64,000 nucleotides of DNA from Styela clava (taxonomy: Eukaryota), in contig NC_135254.1 of assembly GCF_964204865.1 (NCBI RefSeq), positions 7,688,001-7,752,000 of the forward strand. The letters are read 5' to 3'. Shown here in pieces: positions 13,802-26,817 of this stretch. The position numbers were made by a program, and so were the translations under genes. The notes under the pieces were generated by a model. It was given only the letters and a program-made list of their open reading frames with translations, made no database searches and was not told the DNA's origin. Position 1 is the first letter of the stretch; every line of letters begins with the position of its first letter.

Positions 13802-15282
13802 GAATTTTAACTTTTCATCCAACTGTTGCAAATGTTTTATGAAAACTGGAAATCAGTTGAAAAAACTTTTCCTTGTCAAACACCAACAAGAAAGAATTTG
13901 ATTTATTCGTATTTTTTCTATATAAATATAATACCAATGATAGCTTGAAAGTGTGTATTAATCATTTATTAAATAAGGATGCTTTAAAAAGAAAAGCTGT
14001 AAAAGTCAAATCAAATAAACAAACTACAAATTTAATGGAAGAGCAACGCCCGCGAATGAACTTTCGACAATTGCACAGATTTTTATATTTAGGTCTTGTT
14101 ATTGAGTACGGAATGGACGCATTCTTCTCGAGCATAGTAATTCGTTCTTACCTTTTGAAACGTGCATTCTTCATGTTGATTTTTTGCCTGGCAAGCACAA
14201 AATAAATATGTAATATAGTATGGGAGTAGTAAAGACGAAAGGCACTCGAAAATATTTAAACTGAACATTTGCTCAGTGATTTTTGGTTCGAAATGTAATT
14301 GTAAGTTAGGTTGCAGCATAATGGAACTTAACGCTAATATATCATAATTTATGTTGTATCTGTTTATGTATAATAATATCTGTTCGAATGTAAAGTGGCA
14401 TATTCTGTAGTTGTCAGTATGGGAATTATGAGATAGGAGTTAATGCATCTAGCAGTGAGTGAAATTATTCCAGATTTTCAATAATAATATTTATGTAGAG
14501 TCTAATACTAAAATGAATTAATAAATTGCATAAATGCGCAGGTACTACTAGTTCGTATTATACATTTCAATTTGAGCAAACGCTTCATAATTCATTTTAG
14601 ATTGTGGCCTTCTGTCAAATTAGATTGTTAAATAATCATTACTCGTTTCACTTACGAAGGGCAATGCTTTAATTGATTTCCAACCCTTCATACAGGTGTA
14701 AAAATTTTTGTAAGTCACTCACAATCTCAGTAGCTCTTTACGTGATTGCGAATACAGAACCTTGTACAGTACGAATACTGCTCACAAAGACACACGGATA
14801 GCACAGCTCTCTCGTGTTCAGCCGTTTTCTCGGTCATAAAAAATTAGTATAAGAGACCTAAATTTGTCCAAATCAAATAGACAAAATGATGAAAGTATTT
14901 TCACATACTAGATTTATAGTTTAAATTATTTTGGAATGAAATTTTCAGTCAGTACCTTGCTGATTGCGAGTATTGCTGTTCTTGTGAGCAACCCAGTGGA
15001 TTGTGATAGACAGATGATGAAATATTGGTTGATAAAGGACCTGCATTAAATGCTCGTTTTCAAGGAATTCTGGGACCAATAGATCCGAAAGGCAGTCGGG
15101 GGCGACGAGGGTTCAATGGTGAACAAGGATCTACTGGTGAAGTCGATTATGAGACAATTAATGCTACTATTAAGTACATGTTAGAATCGGGTGAGACGAC
15201 CATGCTATCGGTTATTTGTTATCATTCCTAATGAGCCAATAAATTCACCTAGCTTATATTATTTCGCGCGCATAAAACTTTG

Positions 15283-15513
15283 GGCGCTCCCCATAGTATG
15301 TGCACCAAGATGGCGGACACCAGAACATAGTATGTGTACCAGGCTAGGGTTAGGACATAATTTTGTTCTAATTCTCCTTATTTCAGTTCTATTATGAGTT
15401 CGGGAACTAGCCAATTGACTTCCGTAGTATTTGTATCTAAAATTATGGCCTAACCTGGTACATATACTACGTTCCGGTGTCCGCCATCTTGGTTCACATA
15501 CTACATGAGTACC
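15283..15513. mobile_element. Family B palindromic repeat
   Basis: CCAAGATGGCGGACACC / GGTGTCCGCCATCTTGG arms; GCTAGGGTTAGG. Confidence 0.8.
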
Positions 15514-15872
15514 AGACTTTTATTCGATAATTTCTTTTTGCAAAAAAACGAAAGAAATCCAGCTACCCTCAGCGTAGTGATTGATTTGACGATAATTTCT
15601 CGAGTCGTATGTGATATTTTTATTTACAAATTAGACGTAATTTAATTGTTATTATTCTCTACTTAATAAGACGCAAGTCATATACTTTCTCCTGACTGAT
15701 TTATTGTACAAACAACTATCATTTGTATTCAGCAATAGAAAAACTACGAGCAGAATTGTTAGACAGAATAGAGAAGTTAGAACACCCACCACCTACTGGG
15801 ATTGCCGAACAAGGTTTGTTGAACTAATGAACAAATGTTTCTGTTGAGCTTTGATTTAACATACTTCAATTC

Positions 15873-15982
15873 GGAGTTTCAGAAGTATGTACACCAAGAT
15901 GGCGCACAACCTGAACATAGTATGTGTACCAAGTTAGAGTTCAGGTTGAGCGCCATCTTGGTGCACATACTTCGGGAGCGCC
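15873..15982. mobile_element. Short family B hairpin derivative
   Basis: GAAGTATGTACACCAAGATGGCGC / GCGCCATCTTGGTGCACATACTTC; a similar degraded copy lies at ~20203-20305. Confidence 0.7.
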
Positions 15983-17720
15983 ATCAATTCAACGTTTTTA
16001 CTCTGAACAAGGCTCTGTGAAAGCACTCACTGGTATGTGAAGAATTATTATATTTTGAAGATTACTTCTGGTTCGCCATTACCTAACTAAATGCCGATAT
16101 GGATTAACCAAACCCCTTAGGGCCTTCGCGTCCGTCTTTTGAGGTTAAAATTACTGAGTGATTTTCACGACCCAGATTTTGGTCGCAAAACACTAGACTA
16201 GCCAATTTTGAACTAATATGATTCCAGTCTCTTCGAAATAATTCCTACTCGGATAATATTCGATTTTGTCCTCTTGACTTTAAAATCAATATCATTGCTC
16301 TCACAAATTCAGGTTAATTTTACTTTTTGTATCATAGTGTACATTCACATGATTGATATGTATATAATATTCATTGATTCGCTTCTTGTACTCTCTACGT
16401 TCTCTTGCTTTCGCAGCGTAACATGCCGAGTACAATTAGAAAAATTATAAATCGTATGACGACACATTTATATCAATTCATTCGATTTAACAATTGCTAA
16501 TTATAAATTGCAGATATTGTGCGCTATGACGGAAGAATATTCATACCGTTGGCATCTGAAAAGGCTAAAAAATCATTAGCGACCGCCAAGTGTCAAAAAC
16601 TATGCGGGAAACTTGCAATACAACCAGAAATATATACAACCAGACCCACATGGATAAGATAACGACATTCATCCGCGACAACAAGCTGGGAAAGGAACGA
16701 TATAAATATTTTCATCTCGGCATGACATACGTAAGTTGAACATAAAAGTTTTATCAGTATTTCTTTGAGTACTTTATATCTGCGTTACAGATTAGGCTCT
16801 GCGCAAGAATATACTCTTTTATTTAATGGTGATTAAGGCGGGCAGCATTGACAAAGGACTGTATAAACCATGACCCAAGATCTTTAACATATGATGCCAA
16901 TATGATGTACGAAAAGTTGACAAATTCCATAACATTTGAATATAATCATATTGTACTTTTTTTTCAGGACCGGATTCTTTGTCTCCGCAACGAAACTGTG
17001 ATATCACATCGGAGTTTGCAATGGCACGGAGGATATCCACTTAATGACGATTTAACAAGCCCAGATCAACACATTGTCAACACACCGGATTTTGAAAGCT
17101 ACATCTTGTGTGAAATCTGAACTTTAAACCAACAGTTATAACAAATTGTAAATACAAAATGAAAAACTGCTTTCTTGTCAAACCCAAATGTTCACACCAA
17201 CAAGCAAGAAATTAAATTCATCTTTTATCTTTCTCGCTCGAAAATATTCAACCTTGAATTGTTTAATTGAAAACAGATATGTTTGAAACCTTTGAAATTA
17301 CTTGCAGGTATAACTGTACAGGTATTTTGACAGGAAAATCCTTGAACATAGCGGAGTCATATTTCATTATTTTTTACTTTATTGTCCTATTATTACTTTC
17401 TATCACATTATACTTTGAGACAATGATTCAAATAGAAACGAGTCAGAATATGACAAATACTATAAAAATAGTGAATAGAATTCACATCATTTTTTGAGAA
17501 AATAGATTAAAATCATCAAAGGATATATAAAATAATGTCACTTTCGATAAATAGTTTTTCTGAGCGAAAATTGATATTTTTTAAATGTCGATTGGTTTGT
17601 TAGTATATATTTAGCACAGAGAAGTCTGGTGGTTAGAATGTTGAACGCAACTCTGTTGGTGTGCTCTGTTGGAGATTTGAAAATTTTTCCCTTCACCCAG
17701 TGTATAATAAATTGACTAGG

Positions 17721-18125
17721 CATGTGGTTCCCAACCTTTTTTCAATCGACCCCAATTTTCTGAATAAATAAATTTTGTAAATTCTCTCAACCCAAGACGA
17801 ATACTAAAAAATGCTCAAATACTAAGCGTCATGTATGCAGTGTTTTCATGGCCGCAAAATTAAATAAATAACATATTAAAAACAATCATTTTTTACCCGT
17901 AAAGCTGCGCTTGTTTTTGAAATGTGGCATTGCTTCGATTAGAAAAATAGATGCCGCCAGGTTTTTACGTTTTATGCCGTGATAATTCCGACATATAGTC
18001 ACATTGAGTAACGCTTCAATATTTGAATAAAAGGATTTTTCGAATTTCGTTGAAAAAACAAGCGACCCAAGGGAATTTTCAGGCCACCGAGTTTTGGGTC
18101 GCGACCCAAAGGTTGGAAAACACTG
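17721..18125. mobile_element. hAT-type MITE
   Basis: CATGTGGTTCCCAACCTTT ... GGGTCGCGACCCAAAGGTTGGAAAACACTG termini. Confidence 0.65.
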
Positions 18126-19730
18126 GAATAAGCAATACCGAACTAATAAGATTCCAGTCTCTTCGAATTAATTGTCTCTCGGGTATTATTCGATTTTGTT
18201 ATCTTGATTTTAAAATCAATATCATTGCTCTCACAAATTCAGGTTAATTTTACTTTTCGTATCATGGTGTACATTCACATGACTCGTATTGAATCGTTTC
18301 TTATACTCGTCATTGAATTTGTATTCTTCATTTTTCGAAAGATTTCGAAATTTTTCGCCATTTTTCGCCAAGCAAAGTTGAGAGAAAATTACGTTTTGTA
18401 AATTTATGATCAAACTGGTATCTTCTAATTTTTTAAATCAAATATCAGTAAATGTTTCCATATGACACAAAACCTACTATCGACATGTATTGGGATAGAA
18501 ATGCCATTGGCGATAAATTTCCGACGGCACTTTTGAACAAACAACAAAATATTAATTTAAAGATTAAAAGCAGAATCGACACCAGAACCGGAAGCACAAA
18601 ATTTGTTGAGCATAGACCAACAATACCAGAGATAGGTTGAAAAATGTATAATAATAATTTATTGCAATAAGGACTTTAAAGATGAGAGAGTATGAAAATT
18701 AAATCGAATAAACATACGACAAAACTATTGGAAGAACAACGTCTGCGAATAAATGTTCGAGAATTACGCAAACTTTTATACTTATGTCTTGTTTTTCTTC
18801 GATTATTAGAGACTATTTACGCACATGTAGGTAATTCGTTCTTATTAATACGTCTGTTTTTTTTTATACGACGAGAAGATTGTTTAGGGCCAAGCATAAA
18901 AGAAATCGACTTGAAGTGGATTTATTTTCTTAGGAATGTACTTAATTGTACGTCTTGTACCATCAAGTACGCATTATTTTCCTTTCGCGTTATTGTGTCA
19001 AGTATTGTATAATAAAAGAAAACGACTTGAAGTGGAATCCTTCGTTTTAGTAAACTATAATTTGGCGGTCCTTATCGTATTGGCGTTCTTGTGACAAGTA
19101 GTTTTGTGAAACGTGCTTGTTTCAGATGTACATTTTGTTGCCTGCCAAGCAAAAAATATATATGTATAAGATAGTATGGGTGTAGTGAAAGCAACGTCAT
19201 TAGCAAATATTTAAACTGAACATTTGCTTAGTGTTTTCTGGTTCGCAATGTGCTTGTGTGAGTTAGTGGACTGCAGTCAAGGTTGCCGCCCATAAAGAAA
19301 CTCAACGCTAATACATAATGATCTATGTGTTTATGTGTATTTATAATAAGTTATGAATATAAATGGACATCTTGTACTTTTCGTATCATAGTTATACAGC
19401 TAGCGAAGAGTGAATATTTATAAAGAATTCGACATTTAAGTAAGTGAATTTATTTCATATTCCAACAATATTATTTATGTGATGTCGCTCAACGACAAAT
19501 ACTGCGATTTTTCCAAAAATCCAGTAGCTCTTTATGTATATATGTGATTGCGAATACAGAGCCTTGTTCAGTTCAAAAAACTTCTCCTCCAAAAGACACA
19601 TAAATAGCACATCGTGGCTCGCTCGTGTTACTCAGTGAAAAACATGTGAGACTTAAATATGTTCAAATTAAATACTTTAAAATAAAAATACAGACAAAAT
19701 TATATCTCCAAATACTAGATAGTCCGAAAA

Positions 19731-22700
19731 ATGGAATTCCATGTAAGTACCTTACTGATTGCGAGTATTGTTGTTCTCGTGAGCAATCCAGTGGATTGTG
19801 ATAGACAGCGTATGACTTGCACAGTGGATGAAACATTTGTTGATAACGGAAACACCGAACCTGGATCCAATACTCGTCTACAGGAAATTCAGGGACCAGT
19901 GGGTCCGAAAGGCAGTCGAGGGTTCAAAGGTGAACAAGGATCTACTGGTGAAGTCGATTATGAGAAGATTAATGCTACTATTAAACACATGTTAGAATCG
20001 GGTAAGAGAGCCATGCTATCAATAATTTGTTATCATTCGGAAAGCTTACCTAGCTTGTAATATCTCGCCTGGGAAATTTGAATTTGCTAATTTTATTTTT
20101 CAAAAATTCCGAAAGAAGTCTAGGCTACCCTTGGAGTCGTGATTGAATTACGCTTGTCAACAATTAGCGATCATTCCTCGAGGCGTGTGTGATAATTTAT
20201 ATTGGTGCTTCGTTTATATGTGCACCAAGGTGGCGCACAACCTGATAACCTCGATCTGGTACACCTACTATGTTCAGGTTGTGCGTCATCTTGGTTCCCC
20301 AACCTACCAAATATTTATTTATTATATTTATAAATAGAATATAATTTGATTTTCATTTGACGCAATTACCATTCACTACACACCTGATTGATTTATCTCG
20401 ATTATTTATTATATTTATTTGATTGGTATTAATCTCGACTTAATTTGACGCAAGTCATATACTTTCTCCTGATTGATTTATTTGCAAACAACTATCATTT
20501 GGTTTAAGCAATAGAAAAGCAGCGAGCAGAATTGTTTGACAGAATAGAGAAGTTAGAACACCCTCCACCTGCTGGATTTTCCGAACAAGGTTTGTTGCAT
20601 TTAAAGCTTTGATTTTACATACGATCGATTCAGCGTCTTCAATCTGAACAAGGCTATGTACAAGCAATCAATGATATGTGAAAACTGAAACTTCTTGAAG
20701 AACATTCCATTGGTAAACCCAACACCTCAGCCATAGCACCATCTCGTCTGCCTATTTCAGGGGTCGGCAACCTTTTGTCGCTCGCGGGCCAAATGTAAAG
20801 GTTGCAAGTCATTGGCATTGGCGGGCGGGCCGCACATATTTTTAGAAAGTGGAAAACCGAACGGATGATACTTTTTATAATACAAATAAATCAGTGATAC
20901 ATCTCTCGAATAGAATATAGATTTATTTTCTCATTGCATTGCATCTCAAAAAATTCCATCGGAATATTTTCGGCGCCATTGAACCCTTTGCACTAAGCAT
21001 CAACTTTTCCGCGTTTTGATGGCATTCGTCTAATTATAATTAAACTATAGGCTCAATAAACGAGTAATTGTGAATTTTATATTTGTTAGATTATATTATA
21101 ATTTAGTCTACACTTGTCTCACACTAAATTCTGTTCCGTAAAGAATCAAAACAGCTATTCTGTAAGTATAATTCAGTGAAGCGTCGCGGGCAAGATTATA
21201 TTACTTCGCCGGCCGGATCCGGCCCGCGGGCCGTAGGTTGCCGACCCCTGGTCTATTTGCAAATACACCCGATTTTTACCAACAAAATTCGAGGTTTAAA
21301 TTACCGAGTAAACAAGGTCATGTCGCTTGACCTAGCTTGACGTTCTCTCGCTCTTGCAACGTAAGAAAATTAGCATTCATACTAGAGCAGTGCATATATC
21401 GAGCTCAATTAAAAAAAATATCAGTTGTATAATATTAAATTCTTATCAATTCATTCGATACACCAATCGCTAATTATTTGAATTACAGATATCGTGCGCT
21501 ATGACGGAAGAATATTCATAGCGTTGGCATCTGAAACGGTCCGTAAACCATCAGCTCCGGCGAAATGTCAAGAATTAGGCGGGGAACTTGCCAATATTTA
21601 CAACCAGGTTCATATGGACAAGATAATGACATTCATTCGTGACAACAAGTTGAACGGGGAGGAAAGGAAATTTTTTCATCTCGGCATGATATACGACCCT
21701 TTCGTAAGTTGAACACAAAAGCTTTATCAGTATTCCTCTTGACTGCACGTATCGTTTAACTTTGTTTAAAATTAAAAAAAGAAGTTGTGATGTCATACTA
21801 TCATGCCTTCTTAATTTTTGTGGGTGGATAAGAATTTACTAAGATTTAGAACAGGGGTGGGCAAGGTTTTTGGAACAGGGGCCAAAATATTTGCCCACCT
21901 GGACCGGTGGGCCATGTAAGTGAACGTAAGATTTCGTGAACAGAATTTTTTACAGTATTACAAAAGCAAAAGTGAAAAACAAAAGTAAATACCAAAACTA
22001 AATTTAATCGCAATCAATAAATTCTTTGAGCTATTTTTTCTAGATGTACATCAAAATTTGGTTTTAGTTTAGTTGTGGCAGCTTGGCAGCATTGGGCGGA
22101 GACCAGATTAAGTCACGGATTAAGATGTGACGGGAAAGTGAATAAACCAGGGGTGTGCAAGCGTTAATACAAGAGGGCCAGATAAAAGTAACTGAGTGAA
22201 ACCGCGAGTTCCAGGCACAAAAAATTGGGTTATTGATTTTGTGACATGCGTTGTTGGCACAAGCTAGCTGTTAAAAAAGCACTGCGAAGTCATAGGAAAG
22301 GATAATAAATTGAACTCGGGTATAGGCCTCGCAACGCAAATGAATTGGAATTACTCACACGTACCAAATTAAAAATAAAAACTCGCGGACCGCACATCAT
22401 TTAAAATTGGCACTTATCCGTGGGCATCACAATTTTTCCTTGGGAGCCGCATTTGGCCCACGGGTTACAGGTTGCACACCCCTGGAATAAACCATGCCCT
22501 GAACCCAAAATATGTGACATATGATGCCAACATTGTAAAAGAAAAGTTGATAAAGTACATAAATTGCACTAGTAATTAAACATCTAACCTTTTTCAACTT
22601 CTGTCTTTCAGAATCATGCTCTTCATTTCCGCAACGGAACTATCATATCGCAGCGTATTTTCAAATGGCATATAGGGTATCCAGTTACTGGGCACCTTAA

Positions 22701-22809
22701 TTCTGCCAGGACAAACATGCAAATCGGGGTCGGTGAAGATTCAACAAACGTAGATCAATACTTGATCAACAGCCCAAAGTATAACAGCTACGTCCTGTGT
22801 GAAATTTAA
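19731..22809 (+). CDS. Collectin-like protein copy 3, intact (254 aa); exons 19731-20001, 20509-20589, 21489-21703, 22612-22809
   Basis: Exon lengths 271+81+215+198=765 nt splice in frame with GT-AG sites. Signal peptide, collagen GPVGPKGSRGFKGEQGSTG, neck AIEKQRAELFDRIEKLE, and CTLD KCQELGGELANIY...FHLGMIYDP...KWHIGYP...YVLCEI*. Confidence 0.88.
20758..21250 (-). mobile_element. Family A hAT MITE (intronic)
   Basis: TIRs CAGGGGTCGGCAACCT / AGGTTGCCGACCCCTG; TSD GCCTATTT / GTCTATTT. Confidence 0.9.
22148..22484. mobile_element. hAT MITE (intronic); a truncated hAT end lies just upstream at ~21852
   Basis: TIRs CAGGGGTGTGCAA / TTGCACACCCCTG; exact TSD GAATAAAC. Confidence 0.9.
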
Positions 22810-23076
22810 ACTTTTCACCCAACAGTTATCACAAATACTAAATTCATTTGTGTATCATCGTTCTTAGCGTTTTCTTGTGTTATTTTCCAACAAAAAGATA
22901 CTACAACCATTATTGTACCTAAGTTGACATTCGCATTTTGCAAATTCTGCGCTACGCTCGACGATTTCGATCACACCACGGCCCTATTATTATACCGCAT
23001 AAAAGCTTAAAAATGGCTGTCTCTTCCAAGTTCTATACTTGTCATGTTCCATCAAACCAACATGTATGTTTCAGTA

Positions 23077-23360
23077 CAGAGGTTCTCAAACGGTTGGGCG
23101 CGTACCTCAAGAGGGTGTAGACAGGAGGAGGCAAAGCTAATTGAAAATATAAATATTTGTTAGATTTGATCTTGCCCGCCTTATTTTGGATAATAACATT
23201 TTTTTATTTTGGATATTTACCTTTCGTATTACCTACGTATTTTCAACTTGTCTTTTGAATACTTTCGCCTTACTATCTGTTATTTGTATCTAGCTATTTT
23301 TGAGGAGGTGCGCGAGACTTGACAAATTTTAAAGAGGCTTAAAAAGTTCGAGAACAATTG
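23077..23360. mobile_element. Degenerate hAT MITE
   Basis: CAGAGGTTCTCAAAC / GTTCGAGAACAATTG; flanks TTTCAGTA / TTGTAGTA. Confidence 0.55.
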
Positions 23361-23694
23361 TTGTAGTATAATGTTTGTGCAACATGCAACACATTACAGG
23401 ACCAAGGATGGAATGGATCAGTAAATATACAAAGTCCATTGAAAGGTAGTGCATTTATAATATGGCCCGCACATCACGCATTTGAGTTTCGAGTTATCTA
23501 TATTCATATTTCCATAACTATGTCCCAACAATTTCTAATCTTTGGAGTTAAAACTTGCAGTTTCTGGCAATGCTACGTTTTTTTCCTCCTGGGTAAACGA
23601 GAGTTCTATACGCTAAGTCCGATATTAACCCTTAATAACATTTCAAGTTATTACACATGAAATAAAGCATATATGTGGTCTAGTTACTCTAGTG

Positions 23695-24196
23695 CAGTGG
23701 TGGGCAACATACAGCCGGGTCCGGCCCGCGTCGAGAGTTTGACCGGCCCGCGACGAGATTTTGACCGACCCGCTGACTGTATCCAACCACACTCTGTAAT
23801 GTGGTCCGACGCAGCATTCATGAAAGTTGCCGATCGCTCTACTCTCACCGCACTGTCAGTGCGAGCTGGTGAAATAAACAATTGCTTTAGTAAACAGACA
23901 ATTGCGTTAGCACACATGTTAAACAAACAATATAAGTTCAGAGCAGAGAGCGTTGTAAACATTCCCCACTACTGTTATCAGTTATATTTGGAATCTAAAT
24001 ATAAAAAGATTTTAGAAATTAGGATTTATATTAAATTTCATTAACCATGGAATATCCCAAGAAACGTAAAGTTGACAGAGAGTGTCGAGCATTTAACAAA
24101 GATTGGATATCGAAGTATTTTTTGTAATAATCCAGCCCGCCGAGGGCTTTATTTTTTCACATCTGGCCCGACGACTAGAGAAGTTGCCCACCCCTG
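23695..24196 (+). mobile_element. hAT (SPIN/GTF2IRD2-like) deletion derivative
   Basis: TIRs CAGTGGTGGGCAAC / GTTGCCCACCCCTG; TSD CTCTAGTG / CTCCAGTG; transposase N-terminal remnant MEYPKKRKVDRECRAFNKDWISKYFF from 24047. Confidence 0.85.
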
Positions 24197-24736
24197 CTCC
24201 AGTGTGATTTATAGTGTTGTAATTGTAATAAACATACAGCTTTTTTTAGTTTCAGACTACGGATGACGAAAAAATCATTAAAGTTATTTATGATAATTCA
24301 CTGTGACTACTTTAAATAAATAATGACTGTAAATAAACTTCCATTTATGCCCATTCACTTCACTCAAAATAACGAACAATTCATATAAAATATGGTTTGA
24401 GTTTAGCTTCGATTATATCAAATAACTTCTCTTCTAATGTACATCTGCAAAGGATGATGGCACGTATCACAGTCTCATACAACACTTTCTAGAAATTTTA
24501 TATCGGGAACATATTTAACATTTTGTTTAGCCATGCCTCGAACAAGTATTTAGCAAGCGCTTTGGATCGCAAAAATTAAAAAAATACATCCATCTCTAAT
24601 GACCACATGTTTTTTTAATATCTTACATTAGTTTATTCTGTGCGCTGAGGTCACAAAGTTTCTATGATTGCCAAATAATGCACACGGCACAAAAACATAA
24701 ACTTTAGCCGCTCCGTCGGCGATTATCTTCTAAGCG

Positions 24737-25307
24737 CAGTGCGACTAAACTATTTCACAAAAGGCCCGTAGACAAAATTCAAAAATTACCGGGATCCGGA
24801 CAGTCCAAGAATATATTGAGAAACATTCACTCCCATAGTATTCGTGAGAATATATATTTAGGTCTTTCAGCGACTTGAATTATCTTTGAGAATGAAAATT
24901 TAGAATACATTAGCTGCAAAGGAAAACGATACTTTTCGAGCTATATTTGAAAAAAGTAGGAGTAGTAGCAAAACGATTTTTTAGTCGATTTCGTGTCCAA
25001 TAACAAAGTTATTTTGTTAATCGTTAGTCTGAGAAATTACGTTTCATTGTTTTTTCCCAATTATTTCAATCTTAGTTTTAGGAAGTGAGAGTATTGTATA
25101 CTATTTTGCAAAATCGAGTTATTTGACCTATTTTTAAATTTCGGGAAAACAACTAAAAACTGACAATAGCTGCATTTTTCCTTAGTGGTTAAGCGAAAAA
25201 TGCATTACATCACGATTGTGAAGTAAAAAGAAATGATACTTTCAAAGTCAAGAGGCAGCTACGGTTTAAATTTTGCACTCGAAAGGTCCGGCAGTTGAGT
25301 AGCACTG
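24737..25307. mobile_element. hAT-type MITE upstream of SSL copy 1
   Basis: CAGTGCGACTAAACT / AGTTGAGTAGCACTG; TTCTAAGC repeated on both flanks. Confidence 0.65.
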
Positions 25308-25675
25308 TTCTAAGCCTCTCGTTCGCCAACAGAAAACCGTCGGAACATAAGCTAATTCGTGAATTTATCCGTTGCAGCGTAACAATGGCAATACTTATTC
25401 CAGTTTCGTTCTATTGTTAGAGGCATCGATGATGTCACAGTCGATAAACGAGGACGTTGAAATTATTTCGAATGCATCAAAATGTTTGTCTGTAAGCTAA
25501 CTAACGCAATATTTCTCGGATATATTTCCTCCGATATTATCCCCGATAATAACAAAACTGGTTTAGCATATTCCGTAGAATACACAAGGCGCGTTGCCTG
25601 GGGCTTTTATTGAAATTTCGTTATGAGTTTATCTTCGTAATGCGCCGTTTAGTGAGATGATAAAATTTTATAAGT

Positions 25676-26817
25676 ATGGCGAGCGGAGACGGGGTTAATC
25701 GGATTTTTTTATTCGTGCCAATTGGAATTGTTTGATGGTCGGCAGTGTTCTAACTATTGCTTATATGAGAACTCCCATTTCAGCTGTTCCAGTCGATGAA
25801 ATTCATGGCATGGAAGACTTTGAATGGGTACAAGCTGAAAACAAAGATCTACAACGCGGAATAAAAATTCTACATGAGCTAGTAGGACCGGATTCAATCG
25901 CAGTGGATGAGCATGATAACCTATATACGGGGCTCATTGATGGCAGGGTGATGAAAATCATGAATCCAGGGAAAGCAAAACAAAGTGTCGTCGAATTGAC
26001 AAAATCATTCGACTTCGCAGAAGGAAGCAAACGAAATAAAAAGCGTCCACTTGGTCTTCGCCTCCATGGTTCAAAGTTGTATTTTGCAGATGCTTATCAA
26101 GGAATCATAATGATCGATTTGAAGTCCCAGACTTATGATATCATAGTGGACTATGATGATGTCAATCCGCCATTGATACTCCCAGATGATTTGACCATAA
26201 CCTCTGACGGAAAAACAATATATTTCATTGATATGAGTCTAAAATGGACTTACGATGACGTCGCGATATCTATCCTTGAAGGTCAATGCAGTGGGCGACT
26301 ATTTAAAGTTGATGTCTTGACCAAAAATACAGAACTCATTTTGGATAGTTTGTGTCTACCAAACGGCATTGAAATTGTGGAAAATGAAACTCATGTTCTC
26401 ATGTCTGAGCACGGTCGTCGCCGCCTTACATTGGTCAATATCAAATCTGCAGAAGTTGTGCGGCATATCGCTTTTCCGACTGGTACAGACAGCATACGTA
26501 AGAGAAAGAATGGTGGATATTGGGTGGGAATGCCATATATTGCAGAGCCAGGACACTTTGCGACATGGGGCCCCGTATTCCGCGAAATATTTGCTGGCGC
26601 ATTAGGGTCGGGCGGGATTTTCACCAAGTTCGATTTATCCCAAGGAGCTGCTGTGAAGCTAAATGAATACTTTGATCCTGAGAGTATTCATTTAGACTTG
26701 GAAGGCAAATTATGCCGAGCTGTCACAGAAATATCTGAACTGAGCGACGGAACACTTGCTGTTGGTTCCTTCATCGCAAATGGAATTGCTCTGGTTGATG
26801 GTTCAGCTTTTGACTGA
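25676..26817 (+). CDS. Strictosidine synthase-like / APMAP-like six-bladed beta-propeller, copy 1 (1-nt deletion at ~25730)
   Basis: ATG 25676 gives MASGDGVNRIFLFVPIGI, matching the paralogs. ATTGGAATTGTTTG lacks one G versus paralog ATTGGAATTGGTTTG. The remainder is ORF 25732..26817 with GPDS, RPLGLR, LYFADAYQG, GRLFKVD, LPNG and GGYWV. Confidence 0.88.

Larger units (their letters stand above)
14936..17120 (+). pseudogene. Collectin-like copy 2 pseudogene; exons 14936-15190, 15733-15813, 16514-16730, 16968-17120
   Basis: Paralog of copies 1 and 3. About 16-nt deletion after GATAGACAG (frameshift); 11-nt duplication ATACAACCAGA at ~16618 (frameshift then TAA); loss of the D-P-x codons before the donor; internal deletion in the last exon. 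Confidence 0.85.
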
